Shown: piece after piece, positions 24,928 through 37,922 of the stretch
How positions within the stretch are numbered: position 1 is the first letter of the stretch
Layout: each line of letters opens with the position of its first letter
Assembly: GCF_006345805.1 (NCBI RefSeq)
Contig: NC_042997.1
Span: forward strand, 14,260,001-14,324,000
DNA: 64,000 bases
DNA from: Octopus sinensis
Taxonomy: Eukaryota
Direction of reading: 5' to 3'
The notes under the pieces: generated by a model
The model's database searches: none
What the model saw: only the letters and a program-made list of their open reading frames with translations
Told to the model about the DNA's origin: nothing
Made by a program: the position numbers and the translations under genes

Positions 24928-25157
24928 CTATCTCTTTACTACCCACAAGGGGCTAAACATAGAGGGGACAAACAAGGACAGACAAACGGATTAAATCGAT
25001 TATACCGACCCCAGTGCGTAACTGGTACTTATTTAATCGACCCCGAAAGGATGAAAGGCAAAGTCGACCTCGGCGGAATTTGAACTCAGAACGTAGCGGC
25101 GGACTAAATACTGCTAAGCATTTCATCCGGCGTGCTAACGTCTCTGCCAGCTCGACT
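24928..25157 (-). mobile_element. SINE family A
   Basis: Matches family A. Confidence 0.88.
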
Positions 25158-25480
25158 ACCACAACCACCATCTAATGACTGATCTCAGTACTTACTTTTT
25201 AAAGCCCATCGGTCTCTTTTGCCGAACCGCTAAGTTAAGGGGACCTAAACACACCAGCCCCGATTGTCTAGCGGCGATGTGGGGTATAGAAAGACACGCG
25301 GGCGCGCGCACACACACACTTTCCGTCAACCAAATCCACTCAATGCTTTGGTCAGCCACGCAATGGGACTGAACCCGGAACCATGTGGTTGAGAAGCAAG
25401 CTTCTTACTAGAACACAGGCACGCCCACGCCTATCTATATACATATATAAATATATATGTGTGTGTGTATATATATATGA

Positions 25481-26032
25481 AAAAACAAGTCAAAAATAGA
25501 AAATGCTAAGATAATTTTATAGTGAATCTTTCAGTACCGGTTTCGGTCATTTTGAGACCTTTTCAACTGTAACGATTAAATAATTAAATTTAGAAAAATT
25601 AGAAGAAAAGTTTTTTTAAAAGAATATTTCTATAGTAGTGTTCAGATATAAGTGGCATTCTGCCTTTCTCTGACTCCCTTGTTTGCACTTGTGTGTTCGA
25701 GGTCGTTGTGAGTTCTTGGTAGGGTAGGTGAAGAAGAAGGCTGGTGTGGAGAGGGGTGGATTCCCAGATTTCCCCACCCCCTATCCACATCAGCCTTCTT
25801 CTTCACCTACCCTACCAAGAACTCACAACGACCTCGAAACACAAGTGCAAACAAGGGAGTCAGAGAAAGGCAGAATGCCACTTATATCTGGACACTACTA
25901 TAGAAATATTCTTTTAAAAAAACTTTTCTTCTAATTTTTCTACTGAAAGATTCACTATAAAATTATCTTAGCATTTTCTATTTTTGACTTGTTTTTTCAT
26001 ATATATCAACTCGTGTGTTCCTTTCCACCTTA
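25481..26032. mobile_element. Solo fold-back pLTR of the family-1 PLE; hammerhead intact in left arm (25525-25576, minus) and deleted from right arm
   Basis: Homologous to 631-1001 and 2427-2828; inversion centre near 25765; right arm jumps from AATTTTTCTA to CTGAAAG at 25942/25943. Confidence 0.88.
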
Positions 26033-26077
26033 TACACACATATATATATAATATATATATATATAGATATATATATA

Positions 26078-26110
<33 letters not shown>

Positions 26111-26142
26111 GTGAGAGAGAGAGAGAGAGAGAGAGAGATACT

Positions 26143-26345
26143 CTTTTACTTGTTTCAGTCATTTGACTGCGGCCATGCTGGAGCACCGCCTTTTAGTCGA
26201 GCAAATCGACCCCAGGACTTATTCTTTGGAAGCCTAGTACTTATTCTATCGGTCTCTTTTGCCGAACCGCCAAGTAACGGGGACGTAAACACATCACCAT
26301 CGGTTGTCAAGTGATGTTGGGGACAAACGCAGGTACACAAACATA
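26143..26345 (-). mobile_element. SINE family B, 3' half
   Basis: Matches the family B tail. Confidence 0.88.
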
Positions 26346-26699
26346 CACACACACGCGTGTGTGTGTGTGTGTGTGTGTGTGTGTTGTGTGTGTGTGTATG
26401 TGTGTGTGTGCGTGTGTATATATATATATATATTTGAAGAAATAAATTACTCAGAAATCTGGATGGTTTTATATTTACAGATATTTATTAATATGTCACA
26501 TGTTTTTTTATAATCATATATTAGCGCTTGCGTCCACTCTAGTAGAGTCTTCAGATTGAATTTCTTCAGGAGATTTTGTCTCTTTTTATAGTATTATTGT
26601 GTGTATAGGGGTGGAGAGAGATATGAGATAGTGCAAGAGGGTGAGGTATGGGGAGAAAGTGAGAGAGAGTGCCCGCGTATGTGTGTGTGTGTGTGCTTT

Positions 26700-26990
26700 T
26701 GTATCTGAAGGAGTGTCAATGGAAACGAGACGGAATCTCAAGAGCAATGAAACTGGGCATCACACAACTCAGGACTCCAAAAACGAAATACAAAGAAAGC
26801 ATCATCCCTTTCATAAACACACACAAACCTGGAGTGAATTCGAACTTCTCCACACGTTGCCTACTCTGCAAGAAACAGCACCCAAATATCTCTTAAATCT
26901 CACACTTCTGTCTTAAGATGAGAGAGGACATGTTTATCATTGTACCCCAAGAAACTGTGTCTGTGAGTGAAAAACAAGAGCGTCACGTAT
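26700..26990 (+). pseudogene. Possible PLE RT-EN linker remnant
   Basis: SRAMKLGITQLRTPKTKYKESIIPFINTH resembles the linker region at 1350-1450; no catalytic motif retained. Confidence 0.4.
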
Positions 26991-27674
26991 GGGACGCCTT
27001 TATTCTTTGTTCTGATCGGATAGCACTAACCTGAATTTAAACATCAACAAAACCAGTAGTGGAACCTCTGTGTAAAACCACTCAACCTGCTAAAATAATA
27101 GCCAAATATCCCTCAAATTTCATCCTATGGTCTTAATGTCGATCAATGTAGTCTTATATATGCTGCCTGCAGGTAAAATTCAGGATGGTCATGGTTAGAA
27201 CGCCTTTACTCATAGTTCTATTCGAACGGGACTGACTTGAATCTTTCTAATTCGTTCTAATTTTGACACAAGCTATTTTGAGGTGAGGAGTAAGTCGATT
27301 ACATCAGCTCCAGTACTTGACTGCTACCTCTTTCGTCGACCCCCGAATGTATGAAAGATGAAGTCGATCTCGGCGCAATTTGAACTCAGAACAAGAAGAT
27401 CTAGGAGAAATACTGCTAAGCATTTTGCCTAAGGTGCTGATGGTTCCGCCAGCTAGCGACCCAACTTGAATGCAAATAACAACAGCAATAACAATAATCT
27501 AATAGGGAAGCCTTTATGTAGACATTGGATCTGCAAAAATAGCAGCCAAATACCCTACAAATATCAGCCTGCTGTTTTGAATAAAAGAAGGATACTTTGA
27601 ATAATCTGGTCGATGACAAAAAGTCATGAAGTCGCAAGTGCACAGATTTTTTTATCATAGGTTTACACAATATA

Positions 27675-28151
27675 TATTTCTTTATTGCCCACATGGGGCT
27701 AAACATAGAGGGGACAAACAAAGGGATTAAGTTGATTACATCGACCCCAGTGCGTAAATGGTACTTAATTTATCGACCCCGAAAGGATGAAAGGCAAAGT
27801 CGACCTCGGCGGAATTTGAACTCAGAACGTAACGGCAGACGAAATACGGCTACGCATTTCGCCCGGGGTGCTAACGTTTCTGCCAGCTCGCCACCCTTCA
27901 TAGTTTTACACAATATATATTTCTTTACTGCCCACAAGGGGCTAAGCATAGAGGGGACAAACAAGGACAGACAAAGGGATTAAGTCGATTACATCGACCC
28001 CAGTGCGTAACCAGTACTTAATTTATCGACCCCGAAAGGATGAAAGGCAAAGTAGACCTCGGCGGAATTTGAACTCAGAACGTGACGGCAGACGAAATAA
28101 GGCTACGCATTTCGCCCGGCGTGCTAACGTTTCTGCCTGCTCGCCACCCTT
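27675..28151 (-). mobile_element. Two family A SINEs separated and flanked by three copies of a about 17-bp site
   Basis: CATAG(G/T)TTTACACAATA at about 27657, 27900 and 28152. Confidence 0.88.
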
Positions 28152-30277
28152 CATAGTTTTACACAATATAGCTGACCTGGAGTTAAGCAACAATAAGAGC
28201 AGCAGCAGTTCCAACATCAGCAACAGCAACATCAGCAGCAGCAACAGAACCGCAGCAGTAGTAGTAGCAGCACTAACTCCATTATTGCCATCACTGGTAT
28301 AATTACAGCCACCACCACCGCCACGACTACCACTGTCACCATCACCGGCGCCACCACCACCACCATCACAACCAGTGCCTTTACCATTGCTACCACTACC
28401 AAAACCATCGCCGCCACCTCCACTCACCATCGCCACCACCACCACTGTTGATATCATCATCATCCCTGCCATCATCATCACCACCACCACCACCAACGCT
28501 ACCACAACGGCGATAACCACAGCCATGCGCCTCCAACATGACATTAATCATTCCAGTCCCAAACAACAGAGAATAAATACTCTATTCACGTGAGTTTAAA
28601 GGTGTCAATATATTTTACTTTAGTGATAATAATTACAATGACAACCGACATTTCCTCTAGACACTGACTCATTCCCTAATTACATACAAAGCTATAATCG
28701 CAAACAACCGCCCTTTCGTAGTTTTCATTGGATAATTTTATTTTTTTAATAAAAACTAATCAGAATATTTATTGTGTCATCGTGGTGGAGTTGGCAATGC
28801 CGATAAGGAACCGGATTTGATAATTTAATACTATCAAGTTTCGTGTTTTAAACTCCTGTCTGGAATAATTATGCCCTTGGGCGAGCCAACGATGGAGCTT
28901 TTTACATGGCAAAACGACCTACTAGAAGCAGTAACCAAATTTTCTATTATCATAGAATACAATCTTTAAAATAGGAAAGAGACATTGGATGATATTGTCT
29001 TACGCTTCTGTACAGTAAAAAGAGCAGCATCCATGACATTTGTGCAGGGTCTTCCAGAATAGATGAACAAAAGTGAAGATGAAATTATGATTTGTGACTT
29101 GCAAGTAGTGCATTTAAAATACCGAGTTATTTTCTGACCAGAAATCTGGTCTGAACGTTTGCAACAAAAGAATAGGCCCCTTTAAAGTGCCTGCTATTGG
29201 TTAAAACAGGACAGGCTGATTAGGCCTATTGCCCAAGGACAACATAGTTCATCCAGACAGTTTCCGTCACTAAATTTTGCATACATGACATAGACCAGTC
29301 AGAGACTTTTTTTTATTTCTAGTTTCAGCTCAGAGCTGCGGCCATGCTGATGCACCGCCGTTTTGCTACACTGTTATTACTAAGCGCCTCCTCTAATATG
29401 TGGCACTTGGTGAAGCATGGAGTTTGATATAGCTACCCTCATTTGCACCTCTTGCCGTGAGGTAGGTTCATCTGTGACTCTCGACAGGAAGAGGTCCAGC
29501 TTTGATTTAAAAACCACTACATTTACTTTGTGCAAGTTCCTCAGACACTTTGGGGAAATATTAAAAATCTGTAGTCCCTTGAAACTCAGGCTGTTGCAGT
29601 AACTGGTCCTGATAAAAATTAAAAAAAAAACAATTACCCAACATAATACAGAGTGGAAACAATTCCGAAAATACGTGCTTGCGAAGCGAACTTAAGCTAT
29701 ATAATCATGCATGCACATTTTGATACACCATTAGCAATATTCAACCTTGCCCAGGATAACACAAAGCATGAGAATAAACCACATAGCCAATGAGGTTCTA
29801 TTTAAAAACAAAACGTACCATTATGCAAATTTTCAGCTACTAATTTGCTTACAATTTGGAACATACATGTATTCCCTTTTATGCTTTAAAAGTGTACCTG
29901 AATACGGTTAGAATGGTTGGAATGCATTTGATCATAATTGTGTGAGATCAGGATTGACCAGCAGACTAAGCAATAATAAATAACAGCAACTAAGCTATAA
30001 ATCTGAAGTGTTAGGGAAATATATACCGCGTGAGGGCATGTCATTGATAAGGTGTCGAATGGCGACAAAAGGACTTTGACAAACTTAACTGCGTAATTGA
30101 TTCCCCAGGCAATTAATCAAACAATCGATTAGTTAATTGGCTAAATGGTTAACCAGTCAACAAATAAAAGTAAAGAAGTGGAATCGAACCAGTGCATGAG
30201 TTTTTTACTGGCATAATGACTCTCTCAAGATACAAAATATTTATTCAATCATTATCATCATCATTATTACACGTATT

Positions 30278-30872
30278 AAGGTGGTAAGCTGGCAGAATCG
30301 TTAGCACGCCGGGCGAAATACTTAGCAGTATTTCGTCTGCTGCTACTTTCTGAGTTCAAATTCCGCCGAGGTCAGCTTTGCCTTTCATCCTTACGGGGTC
30401 GATTAAATAAGTACCAGTTACGCACTGGGGTCGATATAATCGACTTAATCCGTTTGTCTGTCCTCGTTTGTTCCCTCTGTGTAGCCCCTTGTGGGCAGTA
30501 AAGAAATAGGTATTTCGTTTGCCGTTACGTTCTGAGTTCATATTCCGCCGAGGTTGACTTTGCCTTTCATCCTTTCGGGGTCGATAAATTAAGTACCAGT
30601 TACGCACTGGGGTCGATGTAATCGACTTAATCCCTTTGTCTGTCCTTGTTTGTCCCTTCTGTGTGTAGCCCCTTGTGGGCAATAAAGAAATAAGAATCGT
30701 TAGCACCCCGGACGAAATGCTTAGCGGCATTTCGTCCGTTTTTACGTCCTGACTTTAAATTCATCTTTTATCCGTCGGGGTCGATGAAATAAGTACCACT
30801 TGAGTACTGGGGTCGATGTAATCGACTATTCCCCTTCCCTAAAATTTCAGGTCTTGTTCCTTTAGCACAAAG
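30278..30872 (+). mobile_element. SINE family A trimer ending in an H-tail unit
   Basis: Full copy, headless unit entered at GAAATAG|GTATTTC, then a unit re-entering in the head at AAGAATCGTTAGCAC. Confidence 0.88.
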
Positions 30873-31212
30873 GATTATTCCGCACCTTAAGGCAGCGAAT
30901 GGGCAGAATATCCGAACATCAGAAGAAAAATGCTTTGAGATATTTCGTATGGTTCTTTGCATTCTGAATTCAAATCTCAAGACGCCCAACTTTACATTTG
31001 ATCCTTTAGATATTGGTAATATAAAATACACCTCAAGTTCTGGATTCAACGGTATCAACTAAACTCCTGCCCTCCAAAATTGCTGGCCCTGTGCCTAATT
31101 TTAAAATAATCACTTTTACGCTTATTTAATTTCTTTTTTAATGAATTATCCAAAAAATTGAAGCTAAGACGTGTATCTCTGTTCAGCATTCCAGTCTGAG
31201 ACGTTAATTATA

Positions 31213-31444
31213 TATTTCTTTACTACCCACAAGGGGCTAAACACAGAGGGGACAAACAAGGACAGACAAACGGGTTATGTTGATTACATCAACCCCAGTG
31301 CGTAACCGGTACTTAATTTATCGACCCCGAAAGGATGAAAGGCAAAGTCGACCTCGGCGGAATTTGAACCCAGAACGCAACGGCAGACGAAATACGGCTA
31401 CGCATTTCGCCCGGTGTGCTAACGTTTCTGCCAGCTCGCCGCCT
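31213..31444 (-). mobile_element. SINE family A with 18-bp TSD
   Basis: TCTGAGACGTTAATTATA at 31195-31212 and 31445-31462. Confidence 0.93.
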
Positions 31445-32522
31445 TCTGAGACGTTAATTATAGCCGTCTCTGAGTTCGTGTGCGTGCTATTGTCTGTCTA
31501 CTTATGTCATCCCAGACATGTATATCTTGTTTTTACGTCGATACATCTTTTTGTTTTTGAAACAAAGCTAAAATTAAGCTGAAAATATTAACATTGACAA
31601 GGGTTGCTATGGGGTTTAATAGCATGAGAAATGTTTATTGTTGCACACCGAAAATTCATATTCATGCTTATGAGCCACTGGCATTTTATATTGTTGATAT
31701 TTATCGCAGTATAACAATCTTAGTATAACTCGTTTTATTATAACGTGACGACAGCAGAAAATTTTACCATGAGAGCGACAGGAGAAAAAGCGCTCAAGTT
31801 ATAGAATTTACACTTATAAGCTATTCTTAAGAGAATGTCAATATGTTAGCAGCGAAAGTTTGGAAGTACAGCGTGTAGCAAAAATGATAGGAGTACTGAA
31901 GAAGCAAGAATAAGAGCTACAGGTGGCTATAAAAAAGATTAGATATAATGTTTATTATCCAGTCCTGTATTAACCAAAGCTATGGGGAATAAATGAGAAA
32001 GACAGGGAAAATGTCTTTCTATCGAAAGTAGAGACTAATGAGACCAAGGAACTAGTGGAATAATGAAATCATGGATTGGGCGGGAGAGCAATTGGATGAC
32101 ACCACTTCATGAAAAAGTTTGGCTTATACACGTGTACGTCAAATGCTCCGTAAATGCATGCGAGTTATGAAGACAAAATATTAAAATACATACCTTCTCT
32201 CATTGCTACGCTGATTTCGTTTCCTTGTGTAAAGTTTTACTCTTGTATCTAGGTACGTTATGATATTTTCATTACAAATCACTGATCTTATCTGATCTGA
32301 TTTATGCCCAACTAGACTGCTAGCTTGCCTTGCTTTCTGCTTTAGCTAAGGCGTAATGTTTTTTTCTTGACTAAGTTTTATTTTTCTATTCCTGTATATC
32401 TTCACTGTAAAATGATTGTTTGTTTCTTATTTGGTTTCTTAAATTACTGGTATTTCTATTCCTACTGGTACTTTGTTTCATAAAATATTTTCTGCAGTAG
32501 CTAAGTTGCCCCCCCCCCATAT

Positions 32523-32591
<69 letters not shown>

Positions 32592-32699
32592 CGTAAATTA
32601 AAGTAGTGGTATTATTAAAAAGATTTTCCCAGCTATATTTCTTACATGCTTTATCCAAAGTTTTTGCTTTTTTTGTTTTATATATATAATGTAGCTACA

Positions 32700-34045
32700 T
32701 GTTTCAACAAACACAAATGCCACCGAATACGTTACCTTAATGGTACTTATTTTCACCAGTGCCATCCATTTTCGCCGCCTATCGTTCCCTGCAGTCCTCA
32801 GACACTTCTTCCATAAGGTTCTTTCAGTAGCAACCGTCATTACACTTTTCGGCTGGATTCCCAAGCGTGACCAGCTGAAACTATGGATATCATCCAACTA
32901 TCTTACTTGTGGTCTACTCTAGGTCGCCGGCCTATAGCTCGGGTTGAAGAATATATCTTATGACCCCTTTCCTACGGCTTTCTAACCACATATCCGTAAT
33001 ATCAAAACTGTAACCACTTAATGCAGTAATGCGGAGAAGTAGCGACTCGATCGATCTGTAGAGACTAACTGATCTCCGAGTTAAGCACTCTGTCGAGTAA
33101 CGTTACATCAGAAATCCTTCGGGAGAGTCCCAGTTCGACTGCTAGTATTCGCGTTCGTACACTTTTAGGCATTACCCAACATTCATTACCATAACTGAGG
33201 CAAGGCACGAAACCTAAATTGAAGATACCAAGTTTAGATTTGTTTTTGTTTTTTTTTTTTAAACCGATCTAAAGACCGAAAGCTGACGTGCAAAATGCAG
33301 TGGGAAAACTTTCTTGAGAGGATAAATGTCTCGGTCTTCGAAACACTAAATCTCACCACTCCCTTGCAGCACTCAGTAGCGAACCCATTTAGTGCATGCT
33401 TGAGTTCCTCCCCACCCCACCCCTGACGAACAAAGCAGCACCATATCGTTTGCAAGTATCAGCTGACCGATCTTACACATTCCGATTGAGATGCCACTTC
33501 CACAACATCTGCGCAGTTCATGAAAATTACGAGAAGACATGGTAACATGCACCTCTGCTTAAGTCCGACGCCCACATTTAAAGGTTTCGACTTCACACCA
33601 TTTACCCAAATGCAAACATTTGGGCATTCTCATAGGAACTTCACAGTAACCGAAAGTTTACCATTGATCTCACTCCTGCAAAACCCTCCACAGTGTCTCC
33701 TGCGATTACATGCCATTCTGAAGTCTAAAAAGCAAGCGTACACCTCTTGACATTATTTCTACAATTTCTCGAAGACGTGTCGTAGAGTAACTATTTGGTC
33801 GGTTGAGATGCGGTCAGGAAGAAAGCCACACTGTTCTTCAGTTAGCGTTCACTCAATATTTCTACGTATCTTTTCCAGACGCCTAGGGTAGATTTTACTA
33901 GGGAGTCCAACAAGGTAATTCCTGTATAATTAGAGCACTCTCCCTTGTACCTCTTTTGAAAATTAGGATTACCAGTCTAGATTGCCGTTGCTTTGGAGTC
34001 ATTGCAGAGGTCCCAGCCACCTGGCATACACGGGTCAGCCTGGAA
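32700..34045 (-). pseudogene. Decayed RTE-X/RTE-like LINE
   Basis: VILIFKRGTRE..NYTGITLL (RT 0-1), ALNGFATECCKGVVRFSVSKTE (RT 5-6), W.DDI..LGI..A.ER..W C-terminus. Confidence 0.7.
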
Positions 34046-34282
34046 AGATAAAATGCAAAGCTGAAGTTAGCGGGACTTGAACTCATTCTGTAAAGGGATC
34101 AAGCTAAATACTGCTACACATTTAATCCGTATCTCAATTGCTTTTGTCATCACACCACCATTTAAATGAATAAATGTAAGAAAGAAAAGGTATGTGCTTC
34201 ATGAGACAAAACCACAACCTGATTTCAGTTTCTAGTTTAAACCATATCACGTGAACTTTCTCAATATTTATACATGTATAAG

Positions 34283-34600
34283 CATGGCTGTGTCACAAGA
34301 AGCTCGTTTTCCAACCGTACAGTTTCGGGTTCAGTCCCACTGCGTGGCAAAGGTCTTCTACTAATGCACCGGGCTGACCAAAGCCTTGTAAATGGATTTG
34401 TAGACAGACAGACAGACAGATATGTCTATGCGTGTGTATCTTGGTGATTGTCCCCCACCACCGCTTGACAACCAGTGTTGGTTTGTTTACGTCTTCGTAA
34501 GTTACATAACAAAAATACGTACTGGGGTCGATTTCGTTCGACTAAGCCCTTCAAGGTGGTGCTCAGCATGACCACAGTCTCATGGATAAAGTAGGTGAAA
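34283..34600 (+). mobile_element. Decayed SINE family B
   Basis: Diverged head and tail motifs of family B. Confidence 0.7.
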
Positions 34601-34811
34601 AATAAAAGGTCTTTCGACCATAAGGAAAGGCTGAGTAGCTATATATTTAACACGGACATCGTTCTGATATAGGATAGGGCTCTTTATTCACACCTGCTTT
34701 GTCTTGATAACAAACCTAAATTAGTGATAACATATTTGATTTAAAGGGCATTAAAATATAGACTAGAAATAAATGCGTTGTGAAGCAAAAAGATAAAGAA
34801 TATATATGCCT

Positions 34812-35002
34812 TTATTCTTTTCAGTCATTTTGATTGTGGCCATGCTGGAGCACCACCTTTACTCGAGCAAATCGACCCCAGGACTTATTCTTTGTAAGCC
34901 TAGTACTTATTCTATCGGTCTCTTTTTGCCGAACCGCTAAGTTACGGGGACGTAAATACACCAGCGTCGGTTGTCAAGCGATGGTGGGGGTCACACACAC
35001 AG

Positions 35003-35043
<41 letters not shown>

Positions 35044-35215
35044 AATATATATACGACGAGCTTCTTTCAATTTTCCGTCTACCAAATCCACTCTCAAGGC
35101 TTTGGTCGCCCGAAGGCTATAGCAGAAGACACTTGCCCAAGGTGCCACGCAGTGGGACTGAACCGGGGTGAACCATGAGGTTGGTAAGCAAGCTACTTAC
35201 CACACAGCTACTCCT
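34812..35215 (-). mobile_element. SINE family B, full length
   Basis: Both halves plus internal microsatellite. Confidence 0.9.
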
Positions 35216-35878
35216 GATATATAGTTCATATCTAATATTAATGTCATTGTTCTAATAAGAGGTTTACGTACTAGCACACTAGGTGACACAAAAATAGAAC
35301 AGCTAATTATAATTTGTAGAGTAATTAAAACAATATTAGTCATTTACCGAAACTAGTTTCCTCCGCCACACAATTAGCTTCTTGATGATTCCATACAGTA
35401 TAAATGTTAACAATTATTTTTGAGGCGGATGGAGTTAATTATTCTTGAGAAGGAAAATTATTTCATGTCGGAAAATTTCAATGAAGTTAACTACAATCTG
35501 ATCACACTATATTCAAAAACAACAACAACAAAATTACAGTACCAAATTAATTAAAAACATTAATTAATTAAAAAAATATAACTACAATTATTTATAAAAT
35601 CTCTCATGAAAAGTGAAAAAGTAGAGTTACGAAATAGACATTTCCACTGTAACTTTTATCATTTTCCGAAAATTCAAACGCATTTCAGTTTTTTTAGCCA
35701 AAAATTGTAATTACTTTAAACAGCAGTGGCAGAGCAGTAAGTAGCTTACTTACAAACTACATAGTCCTGGGTTCAGTTCCACTGAGTGGCATCTTGGGCA
35801 AGTGTCTTCTATTATAGCTTAGGGCAGACCAAAGCCTTGTGAGTAGATTTGATAAACGGAAACTGAAAGAAGCCCATC

Positions 35879-35914
<36 letters not shown>

Positions 35915-35924
35915 GCTTTCAACA

Positions 35925-36130
35925 TGTGATCTCTTGAGCACCACCAGCAAAAATATTTTTTTCCTCTGTCTTCCCTTCTTGGGATCTTTCCTTCTCCTTG
36001 TTTCCGACGAAGAGCTCCGCTCGAAACGTTAAACCCTCCTTCCCTTCTTTCCTGGGCGTCAAATAATACTTTAATTGTTCCACGTCCTCGCGTTGCTGTG
36101 TTTTTTTCTGTGTTTTCTTGTTTGGATTAA

Positions 36131-36135
<5 letters not shown>
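35925..36135 (+). mobile_element. pLTR-like element family 2 with hammerhead fold at 36000-36034 (CCGACGA core)
   Basis: GTTT-CCGACGA-A-GAGC/GCTC-GAAAC-GTT-AAAC; flanked by (TA)n. Confidence 0.72.
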
Positions 36136-36162
<27 letters not shown>

Positions 36163-36165
<3 letters not shown>

Positions 36166-36325
36166 ATTCTCATTTTCCTTATTTTTCCCTATTCGTCTCT
36201 GATGACGGAATATTCAATACTTGGAGATATCCCAGAAACAGCTGTAAGACTTTGAATTTTTTCCAATAATAATATTTTATACGTCTTGAGATGTTTGCCT
36301 TGCCTTAATGTTTGTGTGTCCTCTT
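36163..36325 (+). mobile_element. pLTR-like element family 3 with hammerhead fold at 36195-36250
   Basis: Stem I GTCT/AGAC, CTGATGA 36199-36205, stem II GGAATAT/ATATCCC, GAAA 36235-36238, palindromic ACAGCTGT, GUA triplet 36244-36246. Confidence 0.75.
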
Positions 36326-36503
36326 TAACAATTATGCGCGCGCGCGTGTGTGTGTGTGTGTGTGTGAGTGTATGTCTGTGTTTGTGTGTCTGTGTATGTG
36401 TGTCTGTGTTTGTCCCCCCCCCCCACCACAATCGCTTGACAATAGATGCCAGTGTGTTAACGTCCCCGAAACTTAGCGGTTCAGCAAAAGAGACCGATAG
36501 AAT

Positions 36504-36714
36504 ATAGCTGATCATGTATGGAAAAATGGAGACCACCTCCACCATGTGGAATGAAGTTAAAATAATAAACAGAGAACACCACTGGAAAATACGAAAACTA
36601 AAAGAAGCAGCACAAATGCTAGGACACAACAACCTCCTAAGCAGACCGAATACAGATATGAACAGCATATGGGAACCAGTATTAAGGAAGGGTAGGAGAA
36701 TATTAGGTTTATAA
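36504..36714 (+). pseudogene. PLE GIY-YIG endonuclease C-terminal fragment
   Basis: IADHVWKNGDHL/PMWNEVKIINREHHWKIRKLKEAAQMLGHNNLLSRPNTDMNSIWEPVL, typical of PLE endonuclease ends. Confidence 0.8.
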
Positions 36715-36749
36715 GCCCTAAAATTCACTTCATAATTGTTCACGGGCAT

Positions 36750-37015
36750 ATGGCATAAGGGTTAAGAGCGCGGGCTACTAACCCCAAGATTCCGAGTTCG
36801 ATTCCAAGTAGTGACCTGAATAATAATGATAATAATAACATCGAAAAATACTTTAGGAATGAGAACCCAGGTTCAGAAATTTCCCCAGACACCTGACGAA
36901 GGCTGGAGGGTATATCAGCCGAAACATTGAGTTAACGACAAACAAGATGAGGACAAATATCCGTCGAATATAAATAATGTACATAATTCCTCATCTCTTA
37001 AATATAGAACTGTAC
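36750..37015 (+). mobile_element. tRNA-like head followed by pLTR-like tail with hammerhead fold (family 4, 36887-36933)
   Basis: A-box-like TGGCATAAGGGTTAAG, B box GAGTTCGATTCC, (AAT)n spacer, then AGACAC-CTGACGA-A-GGCTG/CAGCC-GAAAC-ATT-GAGTT (two substitutions from a perfect fold). Confidence 0.7.
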
Positions 37016-37691
37016 AAATCAAAATATATTCCAATATAAAGATTTTTTTTTCTTCAAGTACTCTAAATTATTATAAATTCTACGCCAACCTGTAAACAAT
37101 TTTGGACTTCTTCTTAGTTGATGACGTCATAATTCCTTCTAATTTTGGAACAAGGCCACCTATTTTAGCGGGAGGAGACAAGTCGATTACATCGACCCAC
37201 TCCCGAACTTATTTTGGGCAAGTGTTTTGTACTATAACCCGTATTTATCTCATTGACTCCTAAAGAATGCGAGGCAAAATTGACATCGGAGGAATTTGAA
37301 CTCACAAAGTAACGAGTCGGGAGGAATGCTGCTATGCATTTTTGTCCAACGAGTCAAAAATTACAGCCAGGTCGTTGCATTTGTTAAGGTCATGGAAAGA
37401 TTGAAATATATTCACTACTGTCTCCCGTATTCACCCAAATAACTGAAATAGAATAATTTCTAGTTAACCTTTTAATGCAACCTGCATTAATACTAGTTTA
37501 ATTATTGTTTTAACACCAGGTTAACAGCTCAGTAATTCATTTCCTTAAAATTATACATAGTGTGCCAAGAGTCATATAAAATCTATGTTAATTGCAATAG
37601 TAATTATGCTCTTGGGAAAACACTAAAAAACATTTTTATGTAAATGTACGCTCTAATTTGCATCAGTTGATCATCATCGTGTGCATATCTA

Positions 37692-37922
37692 TTTCTTTAC
37701 TACCCACAAGGGGCTAAACATAGAGGGGGCAAACAAGGACAGACAAACGGATTAAGTCGATTACATCGACCCCAGTGCGTAACTGGTACTTAATTTATCG
37801 ACTCCGAAAGGATGAAAGGCAAAGTCGACCTCGGCGGAATTTGAACTCAGAACGTAACGGCAGACGAAATACGGCTACGCATTTCGCCCGGCGTGCTAAC
37901 GTTTCTGCCAGCTCGCCGCCCT
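37692..37922 (-). mobile_element. SINE family A with 15-bp TSD
   Basis: TCGTGTGCATATCTA at 37677-37691 and 37923-37937. Confidence 0.93.
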
